A stretch of 64,000 nt of DNA from Alloascoidea hylecoeti (lineage: Eukaryota). Location of the stretch: the NCBI GenBank assembly GCA_001600815.1, contig BCKZ01000004.1, positions 1,329,566-1,393,565 on the forward strand, given 5' to 3'. Shown here piece after piece: positions 49,208-60,944 of this stretch. The translations under genes were made by a program, and so were the position numbers. The notes under the pieces are model-generated. The model saw only the letters and a list, made by a program, of their open reading frames with translations, ran no database searches and was not told the origin of the DNA. The first letter of the stretch is position 1; each line of letters opens with the position of its first letter.

Positions 49208-49843
49208 TTAAAATATTACACCAGAAACTAAAACGCAGACCAAAGCTACACCTCCATGTTTCCAAATATTGATGTGCTCTTGATCTAGTAACGAGGTTCC
49301 AGAATTCGCTTTGCTTGAACTGTTTGATCTTTGACTATAACCAGAATTGCCATAACCACCAGAATTACCACCATGGCTAGAGCCAATCGCACCGCCAACT
49401 AATCCACCAACCAATCCACCTGCTGCTGCTCCACCATATGATGAGCCAGAATCGGATGAACTACCAGAGTTGTATGAATTCCCAGAAGAGGATGAACCAC
49501 CCCTCGTTCCAGAAGAAGGTGGGTTGTATGGGGGTGGATTTTTTCCAGGGCTGTATGGGGGTGGATTCCCAGAGGAGGATAAACTGCCCTTTGTGCCTGA
49601 AGAGGATGAACTCCCCGAACTTGAACTACCCGAACCACTCCAACCACTCCAACCACGCCAACCACCAAACCAAACACGGGCTCTAAGATCACCAGCAGGA
49701 CTTCTAACTTGAATTTTTGAGATAGACTCCTCTTCTAACTCAGAATCTGTACCATGGCCAGCTTTGTTTATTGAAGCAGACAGTCCAAATGATACATGAA
49801 AGATAAATATCAACCAAAAAAGTTTTTGTGTTGAAAGTCGCAT
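49208..49843 (-). CDS. Secreted or GPI-anchored Gly/Ser-rich protein
   Basis: N-terminal signal peptide, low-complexity G/S body with two NPPPY repeats, and a hydrophobic C-terminal tail. Confidence 0.75.
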   Translation of the reverse strand: MRLSTQKLFWLIFIFHVSFGLSASINKAGHGTDSELEEESISKIQVRSPAGDLRARVWFGGWRGWSGWSGSGSSSSGSSSSSGTKGSLSSSGNPPPYSPGKNPPPYNPPSSGTRGGSSSSGNSYNSGSSSDSGSSYGGAAAGGLVGGLVGGAIGSSHGGNSGGYGNSGYSQRSNSSSKANSGTSLLDQEHINIWKHGGVALVCVLVSGVIF

Positions 49844-50489
49844 TTTGTAAAAATCTTTAAAATGAAGATTGAAAATATAAACGAGATATCTGTATCATTA
49901 AATACATAAAATAGTTACAATGCGTTGCCGAATAATAATGAAGAACCCCGATGAGGTTAACGTTGGAAAGTTTAACGTTAATTACAAAGCGTCAGATGCA
50001 TATTTATGCGTCCGTAAATAATTCCGAGTTAAAAGCTCTGTTTTTTGTTTATAATTAAATTTTTAATTAAATTTTCCTCCTTCTTGTTTTGCAGAGAAGT
50101 AAAAATATAAAGATATCTACAAATAAAATTAAGGATTACCTTCTTTGGACAAAAAAAGGTGGTGAAAGACAGAAGAAAAATACAAAAATTCCCCCAATCT
50201 GCAGGTGTCAAAAGATTTAATATGCACAACGGACCTGCGTCAGACGTAAACGGCTGAACCATTGCTAATATTTTATAATTTATAACATTAAAACTATAAA
50301 TTTTATATAGGAAGGCGAAGTAGAAATTTTTATTATTTGTAGTAGAGATTCTAGATCTAGTGAAAGGGCTATAACAGTCATCATTTATAAAACTTAATCA
50401 AGTTTGCTGCAATTGAAGAATGATATTAATAACATTAAAAACAACGAAAATACTACTCTTACGTTATATTTTTATCGTGGTTATATCTG

Positions 50490-50760
50490 TAGGGTACGAT
50501 TATTGGAATGAATATGGGCATAGTATATTATAGCCAAAAAAAATTAAATTGTGCAAGGCCGTTGAAACCAGTCACGCCAAAGTTGTACGACCCTTGTCGA
50601 CTGTCCAAGCGTGTTATAAACTTATATGATGCCCATATCCACAATGGTTCAAAAATATTTTTGAGTTTCGCGATTGGAGATGATCTGGATGGCAGCAAGC
50701 CTAAACGGGGACAAGTATATTTGATCAATTTAAATATTTGAAAAACCATAATTAACAACA
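50490..50760 (+). pseudogene. Candidate totivirus Gag mid-region fragment
   Basis: One frame with stops: YDYWNEY...VVRPLSTVQ...PQWFKNIFEFR...FKYLKNHN. Recalled L-A: YPDWAQF...DVRPLTVTE...PQLADKFAYR...RKYVNHN. Confidence 0.5.
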
Positions 50761-51169
50761 TAACTTGTCGATATTCGGCTTGGACAGACTAATAATAATA
50801 AAACATAAATAAATTTTAATTCCAATAATCTTTCGATGCCACTATTTTTGTATTTTACCAGCTATTAGCTGATAGCCATACGTTTTATTATAAGGGAATA
50901 TCTACTCATTATATATAGTCTGCTATTCTAGTATAGCAATTTAGTATAACAAATCTAATGCACTATATTTAAATTAAATAGTTTATATTGTAAACTATGA
51001 CCTCATTTTTATTTTAGTATCTTTTAATAATGAAAAATAATACTAATTTAAATTTTTATATATAAATCTCATATGAAATGTTTTAATTTCACTATAATTC
51101 AGTTGTAGAATATATTCAAAGACATCATATGTAAAGTAAGCTACTAATGACTTAATAGCTTACAATAGA

Positions 51170-51507
51170 TGTAACTGGCGGAATCAGATACAGACGACGA
51201 TCAAGATCTTAAACAGGAAAAATGTAACAGGAAAAATGTATTAAAGCTAACCTCCTCCTCTTTAAAGTGGGATTTATCTTACGTTTATATAGATAAATCC
51301 AAAAACTATTAATAGGAACAGTCCTAGAAGTAATAAACATAATAAGATATTAAATGTGCGGTAAGAATGAAATACAATTGTATATATCCCCGAACTGGCT
51401 AGTTCGAGAGCTGTGGAATGTCTTTCAGGAACCAATATAAAATACTCGCGAAATGATAACCAAAGGAACACCCAAAATAATGATGATGTCATGAATGTTC
51501 CTCAACA
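51170..51507 (-). mobile_element. Putative solo LTR upstream of tRNA-Lys
   Basis: TGT...ACA ends. Shares an AACAGGAAAA.TGTATTAAA...CTTTAAA segment with the LTR at 10843-11006 and ends 13 bp before the tRNA. No target-site duplication found. Confidence 0.5.
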
Positions 51508-51520
51508 TCATAAAGTTGCT

Positions 51521-51606
51521 TCCCGCATAGCTCAGTTGGTAGAGCGTTCGGCTTTTAAGTTAAGAAGCTGACCGAAATGTCCAGGGTTCGAGCCCCTGTG
51601 TGGGAG
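51521..51606 (+). tRNA. tRNA-Lys(UUU) with 13-nt intron (51558-51570)
   Basis: TCCCGCATAGCTCAGTTGGTAGAGCGTTCGGCTTTTA[agttaagaagctg]ACCGAAATGTCCAGGGTTCGAGCCCCTGTGTGGGAG, followed by a T-run terminator. Confidence 0.96.
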
Positions 51607-54072
51607 TTCTTTTTTTGGTGTTATTAAATACCGAAAAACAGGAAAGATGCATACGATATCTATTATTAGTATTGATTAAGTAAAAGGTTGAGAATGAAGG
51701 CAACAAATACTATAGAAAGTAACAATATTACTCAAAAAAGAATGAACCTATAACATTTGTAATAGGAATTTTTGCCTAGTATTAGGTCTTTTTATTCTCA
51801 CAAATTTTTTGGTTGTTATGAAGATAGTATTTAGAGATATAGTAAGTTTAATACAGAGCCTTAATGGCTACTTGAAAAAAAAAAAGCCGGTCTGTAGAAC
51901 TAGTCATTTTATATTAGATCCTCGCCCACAAGTTAATTGGGAGGGTTGGTGAAAAACTATTTCACAAATCAATAGGTTTCTTAGCATCAGGTGGACTTTT
52001 GTCACAGATTAATTAAATATTAGAAATTATTATTCTCACTAGTAAGTATATTTCAATTAAAACTGCAAGGTTAATGGTTCATTGAAAATGGTAAAAGGGG
52101 CAAACAGATTATATTTCAATTATGAATAATCATCAGTTTAAAAGCGACATTTTAATGTTCACAAATTCAGATTTGTCTTTATCAGACAAGATATATATGT
52201 AGAATTAAATGAACAATAGCACCAACAATTACAATGAATAGTTACAAGTTATACATTGGTCTTAAAAGGTTATAAGGCTTTGGGAACAACTATTTTCTCT
52301 CAGAACACTACTGGATTTCAATCAGATTCAATTGCTCATCAATACTAATGGAAATTTGACTTCATGATGAATCCAGGACTATTTTTTAACTTTACATATA
52401 ATTTTCTTGATCAATTAAAACTTGTTGGGTATTAAGCATTGTGGGGTATTAAGCTTTGTTGGATTCTATATTATGCAGTATTTACGATATAGTTAGCCAT
52501 TTTCCACTTGTTTTGATAGATATATATATATACAATAATAAAACAGATAATAACCAAGTTCAAAAGATGTCAGATATCAAACAAAACTTTTAACTAGAAA
52601 TTATTTAGGTATCACTTATAGAATGAGAATCCTCTATATAATCATATAAGTTATAAATCTTCATATTTTGTTTTCTACTTTCGCTGGTAGATGCTCATTT
52701 TGATTTAAAGGTTTGCTACTAACATCTGCGGATTCAGCTGGAAATAATGTGTGGAAGTAAAAGTAGAAAATTATAAGCTGGGCCACTCATCGCACAGAAG
52801 TAGAACCGTTGAGACTTTTGTATTATTCTCATCAGATCGAAATCTGCAATTGTCGGTTAGATTCTCTTCAAGAAATTTCAAAAAAGTAAAAAAATTTAAC
52901 AGAAGAAGCTTTACTCTTTTTCAAATTCCATATATATGCCTAATACAATTGTTAGGATATTTTTCTAAAATCAGATTTAATAGCTTAGCTTGAATAGCTC
53001 TACCTTTGATACAAAATAATATGAAGGATAATCCGTAAGGAGGGTTTTAATGGATATGGCTGAAAAGTTGAATCCCGTATATTCACTTCTATTAACCCGA
53101 TCAGGTATGAAAAGGAAAAAAAGGCTTGACCGAGTTGACATGCATAACTCAGAATCATAAGGATACAGTTATAAGCGACCACTGAAGATAAAAGAGCAAT
53201 GACTTCAATGGAAACCCACTGTATAAGTTAGCAGCTAAACGAATCTTAAAACGGTACATGTTTTACAATAAAATCAAATAACTATCTAACATAAAAGTTG
53301 ATATATATAAGTCAAACACTTTTCTAATTAACATTAATTAAAAGGAGAAAATGTCATTAAAAGTTAACTCGGCAGTAGTGGTGTTAATCTAAGCTTCCTA
53401 CTCATCTCATACTCAGATGTAGCGGCTGGAATATATGTTACACAAAATATCTTCCCAACATTTTAAATAGCGATTAGGCCCGCGGGTTTTAATTTTATAG
53501 AATTAATATTCTCCAACAAATAACCTAATTTTGGTTGAAAACAAAAAATAACTCTGTGGCGTTTTAAAAAGGTCGAAACATCAAAATTGGTATCTCAATT
53601 GCAAGTATCGATTTAATTCCAATTGTTCACCATTATTACTATTAATATACTTACCATTGAAAAAATATACCTATAGCTAAAGTACCTATATCTATAACTT
53701 TTAATTTGAGAGTATAGAACAATAAATTGCAATCAATTAGAATGCATATATCTTTATCAGGAAGTTGATAATATAGCCACCATATATATATATATATCAA
53801 ACAATTTCATATCCGTCTTAGGCAATAAATGGTGCAATGAAGCATAACCATAAATATTGAAACAATAAACCCATGGCCACACGTGAATGAACAAAATTGG
53901 ATTCAAGTACTAATTAAACCTAGCCAGTCAGATCAAGAGATGTTGAGTAAGGTGATAATCTAATCTCCCCAACCTATAGCTATAAAAATACAGCAACGTC
54001 CGCTTTATTTTCTGATTCCTTTATCTCAATTAAATTAATTCTTAACACAATATATAATTGATATTTATAAAT

Positions 54073-54351
54073 ATGACCCGAACCACACGTTCACACTCTA
54101 ATGATGAACCAAAATATTTTTCCAAACATGGAATTTATCACCAAAATCCAAATAAGACTAAAAAAAATGGATCAGGAAAACTTAATTGGGGAAAAGAAGG
54201 TGAAGAACTTGAAGATCTTATCGCATCTGGTGAGATTTCCTTTTTTAAAAGAGAAAGACGCCGGTCTTCAAATGCACAAACAAGTGGTATTCCTTCCTGG
54301 GATTTCAGACCCAATAAAGAAGTTGGTGAGTTTGATGATAATGAAGCTTAA
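54073..54351 (+). CDS. STF2: Stf2/Tma10-family small hydrophilic protein
   Basis: MTRT...PKYFSKHG...PNKTKKNGSGKLNWGKEGEELEDL...RRRSSN. A TATAAA lies upstream near 53981. Confidence 0.85.
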   Translation: MTRTTRSHSNDEPKYFSKHGIYHQNPNKTKKNGSGKLNWGKEGEELEDLIASGEISFFKRERRRSSNAQTSGIPSWDFRPNKEVGEFDDNEA

Positions 54352-54793
54352 CTCAATCCCAATGTTTTTTCCATTGTAAATGTAAACGGAATATTATGCC
54401 ATGAACATGGTTGCTGTTGATTTTTGATTTATAGTTCATCATTGATTTCGATGATTATATTATGAGAAGTAGGCTATGGAAGTTGCTAAGGGTTACAATA
54501 CGATACAATTGGAATTAAAAGAGAAAAAAGTTTTTTTCTATTAACAATTTTGAATTGAATTATTATTCCTATAAATTTATATTCTATGTTAGATTAATTA
54601 ACAATTTATTATTTTCTTATATCCATGCAAGTTCCTGCAATGTTAGATGACTTTCCTTTTACAGCCTTATCTACATACATCCATCCAACTCTTCATTTTC
54701 ATCACTTCTTTCATTCTGTTGAAAATTTAAAGCTTTCCAACTAATAAATAATATTAATAATCTGCCAAAAACAGTGTTTAAGATCCACAAATT

Positions 54794-56105
54794 ATGTCTT
54801 TAAATAATGCTGTTAAACTGGAACATGATGTGACCGTAAAGACGGAGGGAAATATTGATACTGGTACTAAAATTAATAATAATAATGGAAATAGTTCAAA
54901 TGGCAACACACAACAAGAAAATTTGGACTTAGATTTGTCAAGAGCAGGACGAAACGTTTGGTTGGTTAGACTACCGCGGTTTTTAGCTGATAGATGGAAA
55001 AACACAGACCAATTATCTGGTCAAGAATTAGGAAAAGTTCAAATCAAACAACCAGTTGGAGGACATGTAAGTACAATTTGTATTTGTTTGCTTATGTGAA
55101 TATACTAATGCCTGAAAAAAAAAAAAAATAGCCATTAAAAGTTAAATTGGCGCTAAATGATACACCATCTGCAAAAGATATCCCACATGATTATGAAATT
55201 TCACTCACGAAGACAAAAGTTGATAATACATTTGTTTTCACAGAATCCAATTTAGAAAGATATCAAAAAGTTCGAACAGAACTTGTAAACTTACCTGAAA
55301 CTACAACAGATGAAGATGTTAAACCAAGTGAAGCATCAACATCAAATAATTACAATAATAATAACAATAATAACAGTAATAATTATAAATCATCATCTTA
55401 TAAAAATAATTATAAAGGAAGGGATAAAGTTGTTCCATATGTTAAAACTATCCCAAGTAAGTTGGAAGCCATAAAATGTTTTTTTTTGAATATTTCTTTA
55501 ACCTCTTATTATTTTTCAATGAAGAAAAAACGGCACTTGTTGGCACAGTATGCCACGAATGTCAAGTAATCCCATCTATAACAGACCCAAATTACAAAAC
55601 TGTTATTTCAAGAAGGAAACAAATTGTTCAAAGAGCTCCACGTCCTAAAGTTACACTACTTAATGAATTACCAGGTGTTACTTCAAGTATTGCAGGCCCA
55701 AGTTTGAAAGGAAGTAATTCAATGTTTTTACAATCAAGAAGAGAAGGTGCTGCTAAAAAAGCAGAAGGTCGTGCTATACGTATACCACAAAATGAACTTC
55801 TTGATCTCTTATTTAGATTATTTGATGAATATGATTATTGGACAATTAAAGGTTTAAAAGAAAGAACAAAACAACCTGAATCTTATCTTAAAGAAACTGT
55901 TGATTCTATTGCTATATTGAATAAAAAAGGTCCATATGCTTTGAAATGGAGTTTAAAACCAGAATATAAAAAATTAAAAGATGTTGATAGAGCAAATGCT
56001 GTTAAGAAGTTAGATAATTCATATGATGGTGCAGCAGCTGAAGGTACTAGTAATGTAAATGATGATGATGATGATGAAGAAGTTGAAATGATTGATGTTA
56101 TTTAA
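54794..56105 (+). CDS. TFG2: TFIIF middle subunit; exons 54794-55066, 55132-55456, 55525-56105
   Basis: VWLVRLPRFL, spliced YVKTIPKKTALVG, and LFDEYDYWTIKGLKERTKQPESYLKE. Two GTAAGT introns restore the frame. Confidence 0.95.
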
Positions 56106-56567
56106 ACCATCAATTGCACATTAAGCCCATAAATGAGAATTCAAATTTATAATTACTCTTTATAATATATTATGCCTATAATATCTACTAGAAAACGAAA
56201 AGCGGGGCGGCTTGAATAGTTCAAACAAATTCATTTATGGTTATTTTCAGAGGTTGTTATAATCAATTCTATTTAATATTTGAAATTGTTTTTGATGTAA
56301 AATAAAAAATTTATATAAATCTCAATTGTTAGGTCTACTATTGTGTTACATATGCATATGTATATTTTAAGGCCAAAAATGCTTCTAGAACTCAATTTAT
56401 ATAAATAAGATACGGATAACTGCACAAACCATAAAATCAACTACAATATGACTGATAAGCTTGAATGCTGTGATGGACTAGTTGTGTAACGAAATCTCTA
56501 GACTGAACAAAGGCCATGTGAATGAAAATGATAAAGCAATATTGAACAGTTAACAATAATGATCTCA

Positions 56568-58070
56568 TTAAGACCAAGCAGCTGATAAATACTCTCTAAT
56601 TCCTTGATCAAAACCTGTATCCCATTCCCAAATCTTATCACTATGACCTCTATGAGATATATGTTCCATTCTTCTTGCATTTTTCCAAGCATGTTTTCTT
56701 CCAATTTCACTTGCATTAAATTTATAAAAAGCATCAGCATCTGCCCAACCGGTTGAAAAACCTTCTTGATAACGCCAATGTTCCCAATTTTCATTTGGAT
56801 TTTGTCCATTCCAATAATTACTATGTCCTTGAAAATTAGCATTCATTCTTTGATTAAAATCATCTTCTGATGGAAGTTTATGACCTCTTGTTGGACGTTG
56901 TGGAATTGCACCCTGTTCAACCATATTTCTAAAACCCCATTCTCCACCATCACCATGTTGAAATTTATAAGACCAAAAATATGAACCACAACCTGCTCTT
57001 TCTTTAAATATATAATATTGTTTTTGACCATATTGTTTTCGAACTTCTTCTCTTGATCCACTAGTTACTTTTGACCAACTATCTTCTGATAAAACACAAG
57101 AATATTCACCAATCATTATATCAACTTCACCAGAAAGTCCAGATAAAGTTGCAGAATCTAATTCTGAAAGATGTTGTTCTGGTGATTTTTGAGTATCATC
57201 ATCTGAAAAACATCTATACATATGAGTATCAATAACAAAACCAATTGTTTGATTATTACCACCTAATTCTTGTTCTTTTTCTAATATCCATTTAACCCAT
57301 TGATCTGTCCACCAACCATCTGAGATAATTATTGGAACAGTTGGTAAATATTGTCTTATCTTTTGTGCTGAATATAGATAGTATTTTTTCTGTTTTTCAG
57401 CTTCGTTATCAAATTTACTTTCGTTTACAATTTGTAATCCTGTAATATTATCAAATGATCTTAAATCTTGGGCAATAAATTCAACACAATCTTGAGCATG
57501 ATGACGATTTTCATGATGATCCCAAAATTCAACATTTCTATCTTCTGTACCAGAATGATCACCATCATTTGCACCACCAGGTAAAGCATGTAAATCAACA
57601 ACAACTCCAATATCATATTTTGAAGCAGTTTCAATATATTTTTTATAATATTTCCAACTTTCTTTATAAACTTCTTTAATTGATTCAAATGGTGTATTAT
57701 CAGCGAAATTACCATCATCAACAATCCAATAACCAAATGGAATCCGTACAGCTGTAACACCAACACTTTGTAACCATGACCAATCTTCATCAGTTATAAA
57801 AGTTTCATAATGATTAATTAACATATTTCTTGTTTCTTTAATTCCTTTTGACTTAACATGTGCTTTAATTGCTTCTAATTCAGCTTTTGTATCATTTATG
57901 AAAAAATCAGGTACCATGAATGATTCCCATACAAATGCTGCTCCTAAATTAACACCAAAATTATTCCTTGATTCATAAATACTTCTCTTTGTTGGTGGAC
58001 TACTTGGAGGAGCAGCTGGTGCAGCTGCAATTGGCTCAGGTCCTATTCCAAAAATTGATCCCCAACCCAT
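56568..58070 (-). CDS. Glycoside hydrolase family 5 (glucan 1,3-beta-glucosidase-like, apparently cytosolic)
   Basis: GVNLG, AVRIPFGYW, DLHALPGGAN, VNE acid/base, IDTHMY, IGEYS nucleophile. No signal peptide. Confidence 0.92.
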   Translation of the reverse strand: MGWGSIFGIGPEPIAAAPAAPPSSPPTKRSIYESRNNFGVNLGAAFVWESFMVPDFFINDTKAELEAIKAHVKSKGIKETRNMLINHYETFITDEDWSWLQSVGVTAVRIPFGYWIVDDGNFADNTPFESIKEVYKESWKYYKKYIETASKYDIGVVVDLHALPGGANDGDHSGTEDRNVEFWDHHENRHHAQDCVEFIAQDLRSFDNITGLQIVNESKFDNEAEKQKKYYLYSAQKIRQYLPTVPIIISDGWWTDQWVKWILEKEQELGGNNQTIGFVIDTHMYRCFSDDDTQKSPEQHLSELDSATLSGLSGEVDIMIGEYSCVLSEDSWSKVTSGSREEVRKQYGQKQYYIFKERAGCGSYFWSYKFQHGDGGEWGFRNMVEQGAIPQRPTRGHKLPSEDDFNQRMNANFQGHSNYWNGQNPNENWEHWRYQEGFSTGWADADAFYKFNASEIGRKHAWKNARRMEHISHRGHSDKIWEWDTGFDQGIREYLSAAWS

Positions 58071-58184
58071 TATCTTATATAATGAAAATCAATTGCAATT
58101 GATACCTTTTGAAAGTATGAGAAATGAAGAGAGATTAATCTCTTTTATAAGGTTTATGGAGTCAATTGCCAAGTCCAGGATGAT

Positions 58185-58601
58185 ATCATTATATGCTTGA
58201 CGGGGTAACCAAATCAGTGAAATCACCTAGGAAGCCCAAAATAATGTGGCTATGTGAAGGGGATGGATTCGGGTGAACAATCAAATAACCAATTACAATC
58301 TTTTAAGCCTATCATTAAACTGTGACTCCAAGTTTATCAACTGATTGTAATCACGGAAAATCAATATTAATTGTTTATTGTAGTTTTCAAAAGTTTATTG
58401 TTACATTTCCCACTACGCCCCTCGGTAGACTCGGTACGTCTCTCGGACCGTTTGTCTTTTAGATACACCTCAATTGATTGTGGCCCTAGCTTCATGGATA
58501 GATGTGCTACCTGCTTAAATATATGGCACTATCCTGATCATGAATCTCATAAAAGACCTAAATTTATATTTATAAAAGTTCTACTTATGAACGTGAGGTA
58601 A
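58185..58601 (+). pseudogene. Candidate totivirus Gag mid-region fragment
   Basis: YMLDGV...IMWLCE..GWIRV, then DSVRLSDRLSFRY. Recalled L-A: MYHDGHV...FAWPSD..DWAQF, then EAPQLADKFAYRH. Confidence 0.45.
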
Positions 58602-58853
58602 CTCCTTTTTCTGTGCTATTATTGTAAATAATGCTTTGAATTTCTACTAAATTTAGGTCTTTAATTACAAGTTAATTACTGATAAAATAACTTTTAAAAA
58701 TAAATTTACTAGATATATTATGATAATACTATATAGACTTTAAATTATAGTTTCTACTCATATCGGTATCATTATAATTAACATTCTTCATAAATACAAA
58801 TGCATCTTCAATCAAATGCTGAATATAGTTACCATCATTAATAAATAATTGTT

Positions 58854-60508
58854 CTATTTAGCACCAACCAATTTCTTAAAAGCTTCAGTGGAGAACGATT
58901 TTGGTCTTTCAAGAGCAGCACCGGTGGCTCTATCTATAATCAATTGTGGTAAGACACCGAAAGCACGAGAAACACCGAATAAAACAGTATAATATGCAGC
59001 TTCATCAAGGCCATAGTATGTTAATAGAACACCAGAGTGTGAATCCACATTTGGCCATGGGTTTCTTGTCTTTCCATGTTCTGTTAAAACTTTTGGAGCA
59101 ACTTCATAAATATCCGAAACAAGTTTAAATAATGGGAAATTAGGTAAATGTTTCAAAGCAAATTCACGTTGAGCTGTATATCTTGGATCAGTCTTTCTTA
59201 AAACGGCATGTCCATAACCTGGAACAACACGACCTGCTTTAAGGGTATCCCATAAGAAAGCTTCAATATCTTTCTTAGTATAATCCTTTGGTAAATTCTC
59301 TTGAAGATGTTGAATCCATTCCAAAACTTCTTGATTAGCACGACCATGTAAAGGACCAGCAAGACCATTCAAACCCGCAGCAACAGATAAAAATGGAGAT
59401 GATAAAGCTGAACCAACTAAATGTGTAGTATGAGCAGAAACATTACCACCTTCATGATCAGAATGAATTGTTAAATATAATCTCATTAAATCAATGAATT
59501 CATTATTACCACCATAACCTAATAAAGTAGCTAGATTTTTACCATAATCAGCATTTGGATCAATAGAGGCTAATTTACCATCTTTAAAAACATTTCTATA
59601 AATTCTTGAAGCAATTGGAACTAATTTAGCTAAAAGATCAATTGAATCTTCAAATGTATATTCCCATAAATCATGTTTTCCAACACCCCTTTCATAAGCT
59701 TTTGCAAATTCAGATTCAGATTCTAATGCATTAACTGCAATAGATAATTGAGCCATTGGATGTAAATTTTTTGGACATCTATCAATTAATTCTTCAACAT
59801 GTGATGGTAAACCAGATCTAGCAGCAAATTCAGAACTTAAAGCTTTAACTTGAGATACAGTTGGAATTTCACCAGTTAATAATAACCAGAATAAACCTTC
59901 TGGTAATGGTTCAGCACCATCTTCAGCATGTGGTAATTCTTTTTGAATATCTGGAATGGTTTTACCTCTGAATTTGATACCTTCTTCTGGGTCAAGGACT
60001 GAACCTTCCCAAACAAGACCCGGGATACCTCTCATACCACCATATGCTTGTTCAAGTTTAACTTCTCCAAGAACCTACATGTATGAACTAGTTAGTAACA
60101 CGAATTATAGGAGTCTAAAACATATGAAAAAACTTACGGTTTTACCATAATCTTTCTTTAATGTTTTGATTTCATCGATTTTTTGTGGGATTTGTTCAGC
60201 AAATGTTTCTTTCAAAGTCTGTTTATAATACTGTTAGTTTTTCCACTCGAAAACTTGTGATACATTATAATAATTCATTAGACACAACTACATCTGGAAA
60301 TACAATTAAAATATTCGCGGTTAACGGATTAATTTAAAAAATTTCAATCAATTCCCAGTCCATGAAGTGTTCTTCCACAAGATTATAAATAGGAGTAAAT
60401 ATATACCTTTTCCTTTGTAGCATATGTTCTAACAGCATTAGAAGAAGCTTTAAGAGATAGACCTTGACGAGCAAATCGTAAAGATTGTTTTGCAATAAGT
60501 GATGACAT
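58854..60508 (-). CDS. CIT1: Mitochondrial citrate synthase; exons 60508-60407, 60218-60138, 60074-58854
   Basis: [36 protein letters not shown] and WPNVDSHSG; presequence in exon 1. Introns GTATAT..AACTAAC..CAG and GTAAGT..TACTAAC..TAG give about 467 aa. Confidence 0.96.
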
Positions 60509-60659
60509 TATATATTAATGGGGGAGAAAAGGAAAATGGTAAAATCAAGAAGAAGTTGACCCGTTAAGCAGAAAAGGAAAAAGATGGAGATTTCAGTGTT
60601 TATATACCAATCTGAAGGCTTTAGGTATGTTTTTTACTACACCGTTAGGCCGAAATTCT

Positions 60660-60944
60660 GATATGCCGCATTTATGTGGTCCAACGGATCTGCATACGTT
60701 CCTGGCTAAAGATGGTAATATTCAGTGCGGTTGACTTCTTGCTTTGGTGAACCTGCATAGGTCGGATCAAAGGAGTCAACGGGGCCCTTTTGTGCCAGAT
60801 CACAACAGTTTTGCTTTGTCACTACCAGTCTATTATTCCAGATATTTCCTAAAAACCCGGGGCATTTTTGGTGGTTTTAACAGTATTGGTCAGACGAAGT
60901 CATGGGTGCCCCACATTTTTTGCAGCTGGAAAATTCCAATGTAG
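60660..60944 (+). pseudogene. Candidate totivirus Gag N-terminal fragment
   Basis: TFLAKDGNIQCG*LLAL...PDHNSFALSLPVYYSRYFLKTRGIF resembles recalled L-A KYLTLDGGL...DNHVALL and the relic at about 350. Confidence 0.4.

Noticed and set aside
50676..50690. GDD as RdRp motif C
   Set aside because: No upstream motif A or B, and the Gag-like motifs lie in a different frame.
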